Shown: positions 1 to 13,587, counted from the stretch's first letter. The stretch: DNA of 64,000 nucleotides from Nageia nagi (GCA_050084985.1 JBITNC010000002.1:3100001-3164000); one strand, 5' to 3'. The notes: generated by a model not told the origin, from the sequence alone. Numbers and translations are program-made.

Positions 1-864
1 TTATTTAGTGGCGTATCTTGTTCTTTGAATTCTCAATGAGGATTGTAGAGTTTTGGGATTTTAGAATTGTAATAGTTTGAAGGAAGACCAAGATTCATTC
101 CAGAATTCTTGTAGTTATGAAATTGTTTTCTTCATGCTATAGGAGGTTGCAGTAATTGTAGGAGATTGTATTGCCATTGTGTTGATGGTATTTCTCTATG
201 CATGTAATATTGTAATGTCCATAGACAATGACAAGAGAAGGCTCCAATTCTATGTTGGATTAGCCCACATTGGGTGAACCAAGGTAAATCATTGTGTTGA
301 TCTTGTTGTGTTTTTGAGATTGTAAGTTTGTGATTTACATTATGCGAATTTAAAATTTATATGCAATTTGTATGATCTCATAATGGTGAATGTATTTTCC
401 TTCGAATCTGTAAGTGAGGATCCGAGTATGCTATAAGCATCCGGTGATTACGGATCATTAAAACTCTAGATTTCTAAAGAAAATGCATCCAAGCATAAGG
501 ATCCCTGCAAGGAGATATCAAATTCAAGAATTCAGATCCACAATCTCATAGAATGAAATGTCTATGTGATTCTTAAAGTTGCCCAATTCAACAAGAAAGA
601 GTTCTCAATGTGTAAAAGTTTTATCTCCTTTTGAGAAAACTTAGTTGATCCTCCTCCAAAATGACCCCCTCTTGAGGTATTTGTTGTGCCTGCACTACAC
701 CCCCAAAAACTTGCATTTTGAGGACCCTCACAAAATGGCAAATAAAGACATGGAGGAAATTTGTTTTTCAAGGAAATGCATGCATCTTAGTCTAGCAAGA
801 AGAAATATGACAAAATCTGCATTTTCATGATGAAAACAAGTCAAAAAAATGTCATCCTGCCTTA

Positions 865-2213
865 GGCGCATGTTTTAAGGGACATGCTTTTGCATGTACC
901 CTAGAACGTGCGCCCTCCTTCATGCTGCATATTTTGCATTGAGTCTTGCATTTTCAGTCTTAAAACTACATTTTTCATGTCCATCATGCTACAAAAATTG
1001 CATCCCCTCCATTGCATTCCATTCTGATCAATTTTGAAGGAAAATCTGCATTTTGTCATTGAGCGCATGTTTTGAGGGACATGCTTTTTGCATGTCCCCA
1101 AAACGATGTGACCAAGATCAGTGAGGAATCCCTATACTTAGAAAATTCTCAAAGTTGCACAAAAAGGAAGAGAGCGCATGTTTTGAGGGACATGCAAAAC
1201 GGTGCGCATAGGCTAAAGAAGAATTTCGGTACTTAGTCCTTTTTTTTTAGAAAATTGTAAAGGAAGGCTAAGCGCATGTTTTGAGGGACATGCTTTTGCA
1301 CATCCCCAAAACGGTGCACCCAGCTTCAAGGCATAAAATTTGGCTAAGTGTTGGACCCAGGCATTGACAAGTGTGATCACATGCACTCAACCTTCATTTG
1401 TAATTTTGTACCAATCATATTGTGACACCTGTCCAGCCCTAGGAAACTTATAAAAGGAAGGTCAGCCTCAGTATTTAGTTTGGTTGGTCGAATTTGGAGC
1501 CTTTTGCAGAGCCAAGTCACGAAAGCACATCCCCTAAAACGTGCACCTTGTTTTGGATCATTAATTTCAAGTCATTTTCATAATCTTTTGCATTGGGAGG
1601 TGTGCCACAGACTAGGCACATGTTTTCTGGTGTGTTCTTAGGCACTCACCTAAATTGGTGCGCCCGTCTCCAAACGTCCTGGCCTAGGGTCAAATTTGCC
1701 TGAGTATAAAATCAAAGTGAAGGGCTAGGCACATGCTTTTGCACCCCTCTCAAAAGGTGCGACCAAGATATGAAGGCTTTCAAGTTTGATGAAAAGTGAC
1801 TAAGTCCTTTTGTAGAACACAAGGTGGCTAGCGTATGCATTTTGGTACATGCTTTTGCATGTCCTCAAAACGGTACGCCCATTACTCTGGCTCCGCTATT
1901 TGACCTTACTTTCAGCCAACCAAAGGGTGACACTGGTAATTTTGAAGACTATATATATTAAGTCACCCCTTTTGTCATTTTTCCAGTTCATTTCATTTTG
2001 CGTTAAGCCCCCCCAGTCGCACCATTTCTGGAACATGCTTGAGGACTCATCAAAATTGGTGCGCCAAGGAGGAATAAGGGATAAAGGACATGTCTATGCT
2101 ACCAGTCAGCCATTCTTGGTAGATGCATTCCATTTTCCTTTCCAGTTGTACATGAAGGCTTTAGGCGCATGTTTTGCAACACATGTTTTAGCACTTATCC
2201 AAATCCATGCGCC
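865..2213. repeat. Dispersed array of ~10 degenerate ~48-bp palindromic (hairpin) repeats
   Basis: Consensus GCGCATGTTTTGAGGGACATGC-TTTT-GCATGTCCCCAAAACGGTGCGC, with copies near 865, 1063, 1173, 1272, 1525 (half), 1615, 1727, 1831, 2018 and 2164. Confidence 0.85.
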
Positions 2214-2635
2214 CTAGTGTGAAGAAATAAATTGACCTTCCCAAGTGGTAATTGTGACCCTAAAATTGACTAAGTAACCAAGGAACCCAGTTGCATGTTC
2301 TCCAGATAGTGAAAAAGCACACATCCAAATACATGCGCTTTGGAATCCAAGAGCCAAAAATTGTCTAAGTGTGAGAAGCTAGGAGTTGAAAAGTCAAGAA
2401 GACAAGTGGCAAACATGCATCATGCCATGCATGAACCCGCCATGCATCTCCTATAAAAGAGGGAAGCCCTAGTCCATTTTTGCAAGATGTTTTGCATCCC
2501 AAAAATGCACATCTAGCCATTTTTGCTACACCCTTTGAAACAAGTCCAACTTGATACTTAGTCATTTCTGGGGTATTCCTAGCCAGTTTTCAAGTCCTTT
2601 TCTGCAAATTCTTGCATCTTTTTCAGAATTTTAAG

Positions 2636-5600
2636 ATGAATTCCAAAGTGAGGCCTCCCCAATCCAAGGCCAAAAAAGTCCAGAGACAACTTTTTGAAAG
2701 ACATGTCACGAGAGACCAGATGGAAAGGCTCTTGAGGGAGAGCTGAATTGAATTCCAATAGAGAGAAAAGCTAGAGCTACCTGAAGCCAAGTTCAAGGAG
2801 AGATACGTCTTCGTTGGAGACACAGACTGGGGAAATGTTGACCCCATCCAGACTATAGCCTCCACTGTCTCCATCAGCAAGGACTTATCAGATGAACTCA
2901 TCCATTCTTGTGGATTGTTCAACACCACTATGATGCCTTTTATAGTTCCATTTCCTGACTTGTGCTACAAGGTAGCCAAGCGATGCAGATATGACAAAAG
3001 AGTCCTCTTGGACACCAAAGGAAATGTAATCATTGACTTCTCTAAGGATGGGATTGAAGCAACCTTTGGCTGGAAAAGATATGGAGATGACTACACATTG
3101 ACCAATTTAGAGGAATTTCATGATTCTACTGCTTGACCTAGAGATTACATTAGAAGATGGTTGTATGAGGACTACCAGAGCATCTAGGGCCAAAGATTGA
3201 TTAGTGGCCGTAGGGAGGAATTCTTGCCTACAATTGCTAAGTTGATTACTTTGTTGTCTAGAGTCACAGGTCGAGAATGAATCCAAGTATAGGAAGGAGT
3301 TCACCAAGTTTATTGCAGTAATCAGCTCCAGGAGAACCATCAGATGGAGCAAGTTAATCAGTGATGCCTTGTACCACCAGCTAGCCTACTTTGGCTCCTC
3401 CAAGAGATTTTACATGAACTCCTATCTTGTATACCTGTTGTTGCATGGAAAGCTCAGAGCAAGGGAGCTTGCAGATTAAAGATATTTGGGTCAGAAAGGC
3501 ACTCCAGTGTGGCGGATCTATCCAAAGTGGTGGTACCACAACAAGTTCAAGCATTTCTATGAGAAGAACGACCGGTGGGAGTATGCTATTTATAAAGATA
3601 TCAAAGGAGAATCGGTGGTCAAGAGAATTTCTGATGCTGCTATTCAGGCCATCAGTGTACATGCAGATTTCTATTTGCAGTATGCTGATCATACTTACAT
3701 CAAGGTTTATGGCTTCGAAGAACAATCCTTGCTCCTACCTAGATATGCCAGTGATAGACTCATGCTCATGGAATTTACTAGACAATTATTATTTTTGAAG
3801 GAACGAGTATGGAGAAAGAAGGACGCAACCATTAAGTTGCCCATCTTAATCACAAGATATTTTTTTCCAAACGTGGGTTGAGGCCAACAGTATGAAGGAG
3901 GAGTTGTAGGAGTACGTCTTCTTCAAGGAGATGGCAGCCAAGAATTATGATCCAAAGGTGTAATCACTCATTTCTACAACACTGCATTCCAGAAACCTAT
4001 CGCTTATCAACATAAATCTTTAGGGAATGCGGAGAAGTACCGAAACGTGCAGGATGAGGAGGAGATAGCAAGGATAAATGCTCTTTTGAGCCAAAATAAG
4101 GCTCCCCTCCAGGCACAAAGGAAACCTCAAAGACCAAGACTATGAAAGAAAGACCTAGAGAGGTCCCATTGAGGATCGGAACGTCTCCTCTGAGTTTTGC
4201 AACTCCACATAGCAAGACATCCTTGCTTCCCATTGGCAAAAGATAAGGAGATTCAAGGGAGTATACCTCAGGAGCTAGCAAACACAGTGTGGTGATGGCC
4301 AACCTGAGAGATGCTGGCTATCGCACTATCCCCTTGAGCATTCTAGAGGAAGCATGTGTCAATGATTCACCCACATAAGAAATCCCTTCTAGACCCACTC
4401 GTCCTCCTAGATGTGAAGAGAAAGTTCGCTCGTTACAACCAAGTTCCAGTTCTTCCGAACATTCCACTTCTTTTGACAAAGAAAATGAACCCGACTGTAC
4501 AGTAGAAGACTCCGAGGAAGAGACAGAGAGTCAGAAAAATGATGAGGAGAGCCACGGTGAAGAAGAAGAAGATGGTGCAAATAATGTTGCTGCTGACGAA
4601 GAGTACCCTAGCCAAGAGAATGTAGCCATAGGTGCGTTTGCACCTAATGATATAGAGATTGACTCTCCTAGATGATGATGAGATTGTAGACGTTAGGACT
4701 TATGATGATGAAGTACAAATCGTCGGAGCGAAAGAGGTGGGTGCCTCCAAGCTCTCTCCTACTGAACACAGAAAGAGGTTACCCTCATCTTTCCAAAAGC
4801 CTTCTGTAAAGAGGACCAACCATGAGATATCCCCTCAGCCACAAAAGAAAGGCATATCAATCAGTGGCAATGGCAGAGATGAAGAAGGCGAAGGGGAGAC
4901 TAAAGAACAGAAGAAGAGAAAGCAGGACAAATAGCAGGGTAAGGAGATAGCCCTTGTACAGATCACTCTGACCAAAGAAGTCAAGAAGGTTAGTAGAGGC
5001 CAATTGCTGGTGCAGAGGTTCCCTCCCTAGCCAGCAACCAAACATCCGAACCTTGACTTAGATGCCTGCCTTAGAGCCCTGAGCATGAGTACGGCTCATG
5101 ATGAGGAGATAGATAAGGAATTGAGATCTAAGGATGAAGAAGAGGAGCTCTTCGATGGTGAGGAGGTTAGAAGGGTTGATACATTTCTTTCCACTACTTG
5201 GAAAGAGATCTCCATCAATCATTGTTATTCCAAGGAAAAACATCCTCAGAAGGCCAAGGACTGCATGATTGAGACATTCAAGATGCCTTTCAAGTTGGGT
5301 TTGACATCTCGTAAACATATTGTGACCTAGAATGTTGTTGTCATGGAATAGGAAGGTTATGAAGCCAAGAAAGAGGTGAGGAGGCTCCAAAGGGAACTCA
5401 CGACCAGCAGGAAGTTCATTAAGGAGTTCTAGACTATTAGCACCAGCTGCATCACCACTGTCGACCTGAAGAAGCAAGCCTCATTCCATGAAGGATGGGA
5501 GCTAATGAAGGACCAACTCAAGAAGGAGATGATAGAAACTATTGAGAAGCTATCTTCTCAAATATTTAGCCTCCTCGAAGAAACCCATCTACAGCAGATT

Positions 5601-6088
5601 TTTACTGATAGACCCGAAAAATTGGTCTACTGTGATGAATTTATCTATCTGCACAGTTGAAGCATGTACTTGAGAAGTTCAATGTTGTTTGTTTTGAAGG
5701 TAAGGATCCCCTTGAGAAAGGAGGTTGAGCAAATGAGCAGATATGTGTACCAGCTCAGATTCCAGGAAGAGGATAACAGTGTGTGAAGAAATAAGCAGTA
5801 TTGGCAAAGACCCAAAACTTAATCCAGGAGGGTCTAGATGTCAAAGACCTCAGTTTGTTGAAGGTAGGGCATCCTATCATCCATGAAAGGCAAATGGTCA
5901 TCTGGAGATATTAGATGCAGGCTACATCTAGGCAGATTGGGGACTATTTTCGATAGGATGACAACATCGTTGGCATGATCTCCAAGGGAATGCGAAAAAC
6001 CATGGCATTCTTGGAAGAGACTATTGAGTCGTACGGTCTCATTAGCGAGGAGTGGAACTTCGTCAATACTGGATCAAATCTGGCCTAA
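2636..6088 (+). pseudogene. Large decayed ORF (~1100 codons, stops and frameshifts), probably a retroelement accessory ORF
   Basis: ATG at 2636 (MNSKVRPPQSKAKKVQRQLFER...). ORF-track pieces 2915-3136, 3486-3881, 4659-4934 and 5085-5330 are collinear on +. Acidic E/D-rich middle and a coiled-coil-like end. No RT/INT motifs. Confidence 0.6.
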
Positions 6089-8459
6089 ATCTGATCCACT
6101 CGCAGATTCTGTCTATGATAATCTTTCTTTGTTTAATGCATCTTTGTGGTGGGACTTTATTTACTCGATTTGATTAGTGTAGGGATGAGGTTTTGCTCCT
6201 GCCAGATCAAATCTGTCAAACTCATTAATGATCCTAACCGGTGCAAAGATGAGGTTTTGCTCCCGTCGGTTCAGAATCCAAACATTTAGCGCATATCTAA
6301 TTTTCTTTTGCATAGGTTAGAGATAGATTAAATGCATTTCGACTATCGCATTTATATTTTGTTAGCTTTTAAGTGCCACTTGCATCATTTTTTGTGAACA
6401 ATCAGATTTTGTATCGGTATGTGTGTTGCATGTGTGCACAACATATCAGATTTGATGCCTTTAGGGAAACACTTCTGGTGGCCTATTTATACCCCATTTG
6501 GGCCATTTAGAAGGGGATTTTTGGCATTTGCATAATGTTGATTGCATGAGATTTTGCATTTGTAAGAACTGAGGAATTTTGCATTTTTAAAACTGAAGAA
6601 TATAGCATATGTGCCATTTCCACGTAACATTGTCTATTTGTGAAGATTTTGCATATATGTGAATTTGCATATGAAAGATTTCAGCATTCCACTCGATAGG
6701 AGTTTGCTGCATAAGGGATTCTATGCATGTTATAATTGCGTATGGTTACATCTCTACTACACTTTGAATATCATATTGAGGATATTGCAATCAAGTGAGG
6801 AATGTTCTTATTCATGTTATTGAATATCATTATGAATTGATTTCTTTCGGGAATAGTGTTATAAAGTAAATATTGTGGAGATTATCATTTGTGGGATCAT
6901 GCATATTACCTTGGTGGTTTGTATAGTTTTTCCGCTTAAAGTGCATTCTTTTGAAAGTTGTGAGTTTCAAGAGAAGATTATTTAATATTTGTTGAAGTGG
7001 TTTAAGCTATTCCTTGCATGTTTTGCACGTAATTAAATGTATTCTGGGGCACATAGCTTGTCTCTATGTCATTCGGTTAGACTTGTGTATTCACACCATC
7101 ATTTTCTTTTACCCCCACTCCATTGAGTCTTCCACCAAGACCCTACAACTTCCTGCTCTCGTCTGATAGTAACTTGAGCGCATATTGCTATTTGCTTCCT
7201 GGCTTGATAGTGAATACACTTTCTTAATGAATCCGGAGATGACCTACTGAGACACTGCATCACTGATGATGTTTTAATAAGTTCACTATTCATATTCCCA
7301 TGCATTTATCCCTGCATTTGTGATCTTTCTTCGCTTTCGTTCACATTTGCAATCTTTACTCTTTTTTGGAAAATGAACCCCGATGGTGTATTTCCCTTGT
7401 ATACGGTTAACAACATGCATCTCTGACTACTGTGCCCTAGACCATTTTCCATGTGAGCACTTGGGGTAACCATTCCTTTCAGGAGGAAACAAGTAACGTT
7501 GTTTCCTCCAAGTCTTGTGCATGTTTTGGTTGAGGAAAGAAAAACATACCAACAATATTTATAGCATAAAAGTTAGTATTTACTAAGCAATAAATGCCCA
7601 CCTCTTAGTGTTGCATTAACGTATGTGAAATGAAATTGAAATTGCAATGAAATGTCATTTGACCTTGTGAGAGCAAAAACTATTCCTCACAAGTCAATGT
7701 GCTAAGTAAATATCAAAGTCTTATAAAGCAAGTAGTTTTTGAAACACCTTGGCAAGAATAATAATCTTCCCTTTGAATCTCTTTTCACAAAAGCATGACC
7801 TTTTAAACCCAATTTTGAGCCCTTTGAGTCATAATGAAGAACCATCAAGGAGTCCTCTATAGCATTGATATTTCCTTCACTTGATAGCTTTTGGCAAGTC
7901 TCCAACCTGGAATATTGACAAATCCGTTAGTCAAATTTTCAAACTTTCCCTATGGTCATATTTTTGTCTTTTTTTCATCCTTTTGAGCACCTTCATTTTG
8001 GAGGAATTCGTCCTTGCTTTTCTCTCTCTTATTCAATTTTCTTTCATAAACCTTACCAATTGGTTTATTTGATTGGCTTTTAAAGACTTATTCTAGATCA
8101 ACAAGATTACCTATTTCAGTAAATAAAAAGGTTAGTTTGAAAGAATTTGGCTAAATTTGGCCAAGGAGGAAGGCTGCACTAAAATTTTGGATGACTTTGA
8201 GGGATTGGGAGACCAAAAGGAGACTGACTTGGCAAATACGCATCTTCAACAAATATAGAGATCCTGAACTTGAAAAACATGCAACTAAGGAAGGCAACCT
8301 TAACAAAAATCGCACTTTCATGACATATGGGGATGCAGACCTTGGAAAAGGTGCAACTAGAAAAGAACAAAATAGGCAAAATTTGCATGTTTGAGGAATA
8401 CGACGAAATTGATTTTGGAAAATGTTCAATTGAAGGGGGGATTGACAAGTTCGCACCTT

Positions 8460-8735
8460 GTGGGACTGTGGAGTTTCTAAACTTGAAAAACATGCGAAAT
8501 CTTCCTTCTAGGTCACATCATTTTGGATTTTGGCATTTCTAAACTTGAAAAACATGCAAAATCTTCCTTCTAGGTTGCATCATTTCTAACTTTGGAGTTT
8601 CTAAAATTGAAAAACATGCAAAATCTTCCCTTTTGGTCGCATGTTTTTAGATTTTGGCATTTTCAAACTAAAAAATCATGTGACTTTTCAAACTCAAAAA
8701 ACATACTACTTTCAAACTCAAAAATCATGTGACTT
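8460..8735. repeat. ~62-bp tandem repeat x3 followed by ~25-bp repeat x3, in probable retroelement non-coding DNA
   Basis: TTTCTAAACTTGAAAAACATGCAAAATCTTCCTTCTAGG recurs at ~8474, 8536 and 8598; TTTCAAACT(C/A)AAAAATCATGTGAC recurs at 8660-8733. Confidence 0.8.
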
Positions 8736-9523
8736 TGGGAAAACTTGGGTTTTGAAAGGGGATTTTATTTGAATTTGGACTTTTCATGCCTCTTCTAAAA
8801 TCTCCAATTTCCTCTAAGACCCGTAAAAACCCCTACTTGTTGCTCTCAAAACGATTTCCCCCACCACATCACGCTTGCAAAGTTCGGTTTCTAGCCCCTA
8901 CAACTAATAGTTCTTTCAGCAATGGATTTGATCGACGTCCTTCTAGATCCTTGGCTTTCTTTATGGATATAGCCTCATAGGGATGTAGAAGATGTTGGTT
9001 CTCTAGGCCTCACATAGGATCGATTACCTTTTCCTCAAGTAAATCCACATTCGACCCTAGTTAGGCACAAACAATGATATGGGAGGTGATTTACAAGGCC
9101 TACATCCAAACCACTTGGATTAATCCTTGGTAGCACCTCACGTCCAACCTATTGCACTACTCTTAGTGTTTGCTTCATATTGATAATAGTTTTATCCAAT
9201 TATCAAGTTACATCCGCTTGCACCTTCCTCTTGGTCTAAGGATGTTTCTCAACTAGTTTTGGGTTTGCTTGCACCAGCTATGGGTTGGGTCAAATGATCA
9301 TCTAGCCCAAGATCTTTGAGTTTATTGACAATGCTTTGTAGAGATTGAGTCAAAAGATCGCTTCCCTTGTATATTTATGTTTTTTGGCTTAGTACACATA
9401 TTTCAAGGTCTTTCCCTTACTTGCAATTTTGTTTGGTTTGCTTAGGCTTTATGTTTGGCCATTTTGTGTTTGCTTGGTACATTTGGCATTCATGTACTCT
9501 CTAGTACCATTTACCACTTTTTG

Positions 9524-10926
9524 TCACCCATGGAAAACGATATACTTTCTTTCTTTCTTTCTTTGTTCAAATTTAGGCAAGCCAAAAATTAATTCTTTAA
9601 TAGTCAATGCTTTCAAAATTTGAAAATTTAAATGACCATACCTCAAATGCCACAACCAACTTTTGCCTTTAACTACAACATTGCATAAGCTACTCCCTTC
9701 ACCTCTAAGCTTCAGAGGAAACATATAGTTCTTGACATGGAAACAATAGCCACAACTTTCCCATGGTTCTTATCATATTTAATATATTTCTTAGCATCAA
9801 AAACTTTATAATTCTTTTCACATAATTGCACAACAATTAACAAGTGATGTTTCAAAGTCGAAGTGTAATATTGATCATGAATTTTTTCTTACCATGCTTG
9901 GTGTCCATCTCCATCATTTCTTTTGCTGCTACCTCTAAAGATTTGTTGTCACTAAGCTTGATCTTGGTTTTGTACTTCTCATTCATGTTAGCAAACCACT
10001 CCTTATTCCCTCTCATGTGGTTGGAGCTGCCTAAATCTAGATACCAAGTTTCTTGAGAAGTCTTTTAAAGCATTTCATATGTTAAAAAATGTTTTCTTGA
10101 ATCTTCCTCATTCTCATTGGCATAGTTTTCCTTTTTCCATTCATTGGCAGCTTTTATTCTATGTTCTTTTTCAAAATGCTCATACCTTTTGCATTGGTAA
10201 CATTGGACATTTTTTTTATCAGATCTTTCTCTTCCTCTAACAGCATGGCTTCCTCTTCTTGAGAAGCTCAGATTTTGTCCTCTTTGTGCTTGTTTGCTTG
10301 AACCAACACCATCATTTGAGACTTTCACCTTTCAAGCAAAAACTCGCTCAACACTTTCACTAAAGATGTCTTTTAATCTTTTTTCATGTGACTTGAGAGA
10401 ACCCACAAGGTAATCAAATTCCATGGTTCCACCTAGGTGTTAAGAGTTCTCAAAATTTTCTTCCCAATAACTTTCTTTTCCAACCTTTCTCCTGGAGTGG
10501 CCTTTTTATTGACAACATCTTTAATACAATACTCACTCACATTCTTTGATTCTTGCATTCTCAAATTTTCAAACTTCTTTTTAATGTCTGGAACATAACA
10601 ATCTTTACTTGATCACTAACTTGGTAAGCCTCTTTTAGAGCCTTCTAAACATCCTTCACTAATTTTGCATCTGCAATTAGTGGAAAAAAACCCTTATCAA
10701 GAGCTGATTGAATGCAATACAGTGCCAAAGAGTTTTTTTTCTTGACCTTCTTTGCTTGTTTATCATTTTGTTGGATAGTATTTCAATCTGCCAGCTTATC
10801 ATAACCAAAATAAACAATATGGTATAAACCTTTACCAGTCAACAAGGTCCTCATTTTGATGCTCCAATAATCATTATTTTGTCCATTGAATTTTAGAATA
10901 GGAAGAGAGTTATTGTTGTTGGCCAT
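9524..10926 (-). mobile_element. Decayed, truncated Ty1/copia gag-protease-GAG-pre-integrase fragment
   Basis: Minus-strand ATG at 10926 gives MANNNNSLPILKFNGQNNDYWSIKM; zinc-knuckle relic CYQCKRYEHFEKEH; protease WYLDLGSSNHM; KSWLWHLRYGHLNF. Same family as the 26069-31123 element. Confidence 0.9.
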
Positions 10927-11802
10927 CACACCCAAATCAACAATAAATAAAGTCTTTCTTCAATGGACTTACAGCAAGACTAGATGAATGGTTACAAAGA
11001 TCAAGAACATAGGCTCTGTCCATTTCAATGCCAACAAGTTTCTAAGAACACTTGTTCATATTTATCTTTCAAAAACAATATCACTTACTTTCAACGTTCA
11101 CAAAACAACAAATCTAAAAGGATTCATCCATAAGCATTAGAGTTTTTGCAGAGCATCAATAAAAGCCTTCTATCAACTTTTACACAATAAAAGGAAAAAA
11201 CAAGCTTCACACATAAAACTACAAAAAAATCTCTACTACTAGCTAATACCATTCTATTATAAGAACTAAGAATGATTGTTTAGTTTTCCCTTTAATTACT
11301 TAGAGTAGAGAATATATGACTCATGAGCCACCAAACAACTGTAAATCACAGTTACAATTGGTTTTAGGAATATTTGTTTTATTAGACTATGCAATATTGA
11401 TTACTTTTTTTGACTTGACCCATCTGTCATCTGATTCAAAACAGGAATAACTACTGTTCACTGTTCTGAAGCGAGTAATCAAGTTGACACTTGTGGAACA
11501 TAAAATAGGGGCAAGGGAGGATTTCAAATTTATCTTGTTCTTTCTTCGTCAGCATCACCATTCCAACACTTACTCTCTTCCATTTTGTTGAATTTCATGA
11601 ACTCTGTTAATTAATACTCAATATACTTAAGATATTCATCCATTGATTAATTTATATTCTTGACAAGCATTGAGAAGTGTGAAGACAAAAGAATATCCTT
11701 CTGGGATGCAATTATTCACTTCATACTCAGTGGTTGGCTTCCTCTGAAATAGTGCTGATTATTAGTTTCAACAGTTTAAAATGCAACAGAACAGTAAATT
11801 AC

Positions 11803-13587
11803 CTGATGCTTGAAGCTCAGCAGCAATTTTCGAAGAAGGCTGGCCTACTGGATAGTAGTCATCATGAAATTCGATATTTTGTTTACCAGCTGTAAGATGT
11901 TTTTGTTTGAAAGACCATTTTCCGTTATTAGGACCACTATCACTGTTGCTCGCTTCCATAAAATCGTTTATTCTATGTGGCACGTTATCTTCTATAAGAG
12001 GATAAAAGAAGTCAAAAAGGAAACCAACAGCAACACTTTGCCTATAAGCAGCCTTGGTGGTACCTTCCACAGGCATGATGCAGAGTTTAAGCACTTCTAT
12101 TGCCTCTAGAAGAATAGCTGCTGACATAACTTTATCAACTAAGAAATCCTCTAAACTAGTAGCTCTTATAGCATGCCTCACCCCAAATGCACCAAAAGCA
12201 AGTCGAACACTCTTTATAACCAGATTTCCATGAGTTTTTTTGGGTGAAATTTGAGCCAGGAAGGAAGCATTTATATAAGACACTGCATTACCCAGTGGTC
12301 TAGGGGCTGCCCTATATGTTTTGAACAACAATTTTTCATGCGACCCAACATTATCATTTCTGCCACCGTCTTCAACTAAGTAACTCGGTTTATTCCAGTA
12401 CGGAATGGATATTGACAGCAACAGTGCCCCTGAATCAAGAAAAGGTTTATCAAGGAATTCTTCCATGGTTAATATGGATTCCACTCCTTCCGTTGAAATA
12501 ACTTTGACTGATGCACCAGTTCCAAGGAGTACGGTTGCAACATCTGAATCAAAGGACAATTTTTGGGCCATAATTAAGTTGCCACCAATACTAGCAGTAT
12601 TTCTAATGAATCCGGAAGCAACCTTTTTCAGGTGATTGGCAATCCCCTGAAAGACTAAGTTCTCACAATAAACTGTTTTCCCGTGATCCAAATCACCATT
12701 TGTAATGGGATTGCCATCCTCCAAGACTTCAATAACATTGGCAATTGTTACAGCAGCTCCAACTTCAATCCCAGATTCCATTCTTTTAATTATCTGTAGC
12801 TCTGGGATGTTGCTAATATCAATGAAAAGTGTAGGTCTCATATCTTTGTAGACTCCAGCACTTGTGTTACCTACAACCAGCTTAAGCTCAACATCTTTAC
12901 CAGCCATCCCTACTCTTAAAGTTCGCAAAACCTCTTCTAAGCTGGATGGTCTTATCCACAGGCATTCTTCTCCATCAAACTCTTTGTAAACAATCTTGAA
13001 AGTGGGTCTTCTTGATACTTCACCGTTTGGGCCACACAGTTGGGTACTTGCACAATCTCTGCTCATGAGAAAATCTGGGAATGTAGAGATAGCATCTGGA
13101 TAGTATTCAGGCAACTTTTTGGAGTCGGGGAGTTCATCTTTTCTCCAAAAGGAATTGAGACCCAAGTCCTCCAAATCAACGTCTCCCGCAAAACTCTTAC
13201 AAACATCAGCAAGGGGTCTGTACCCAGTACACCTGCACAAATTGCCTGCAATGGCTTTCTCTGCATCCAATACAGAAAGACCCGAACATCCAATTTTGAT
13301 ATTATTTTTCCCATGTTTTTCCTTGGCTTCAGCCCTAGCAAGAGCAGCATAAAGTGACATACACATTCCTGGGGTGCAATACCCACACTGTGACGCATGG
13401 AAGCCTGCAATCCTCTTATGAATCGCATGAAATCCATCTCTGCAATTCCCAAGTCCCTCTGTGGTTGTGATAGAACATCCATCTATGGAACCCAACAATG
13501 TCAAGCAAGAACTTACTGAGAATTCCTCTATCTCCTTTGTTTTAGTGTTGTACTTAGATAACAGCACCACACAAGCCCCACAACCAC
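11803..13587 (-). CDS. AAO: Aldehyde oxidase (plant AAO family molybdoflavoenzyme), exon 2: 2Fe-2S and FAD-binding domains
   Basis: Open frame with GCGACVVLLSKY, HASQCGYCTPGMC, GNLCRCTGYRP, LVVGNTSAGVYK, IRNTASIGGNL, YRAAPRPLGNA and ELQASG. Acceptor TTTGAAG| (13589-13588) and donor |GTAAT (11802). Motifs fit AAO better than XDH. Confidence 0.95.

Larger units (their letters stand above)
409..7554 (+). mobile_element. Probable Ty3/gypsy-related segment (possibly a very long LTR or 3' region) carrying a hairpin array and a decayed accessory ORF
   Basis: Starts TGTAAGTG (409), similar to TATAAGTG after the PPT at 61111, and ends ...ATACCAACA (7554). TATA-like boxes at ~1448, ~2452 and ~6483. 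No gag/pol motifs seen. Flanks GAATC/ATATT do not form a TSD, so boundaries are uncertain. Confidence 0.45.

Noticed and set aside
1-408. 3' end of another LTR
   Set aside because: LTR-like composition only; no PBS, partner LTR or TSD visible, so not listed as a feature.
865-2213. Palindromic repeats with unique spacers resembling a CRISPR or REP array
   Set aside because: Eukaryotic TE context, long irregular spacers, degenerate repeats and no cas genes.
404-7559. Solo LTR proven by a target-site duplication
   Set aside because: Flanking 5-mers GAATC and ATATT do not match; the boundaries remain hypothetical.
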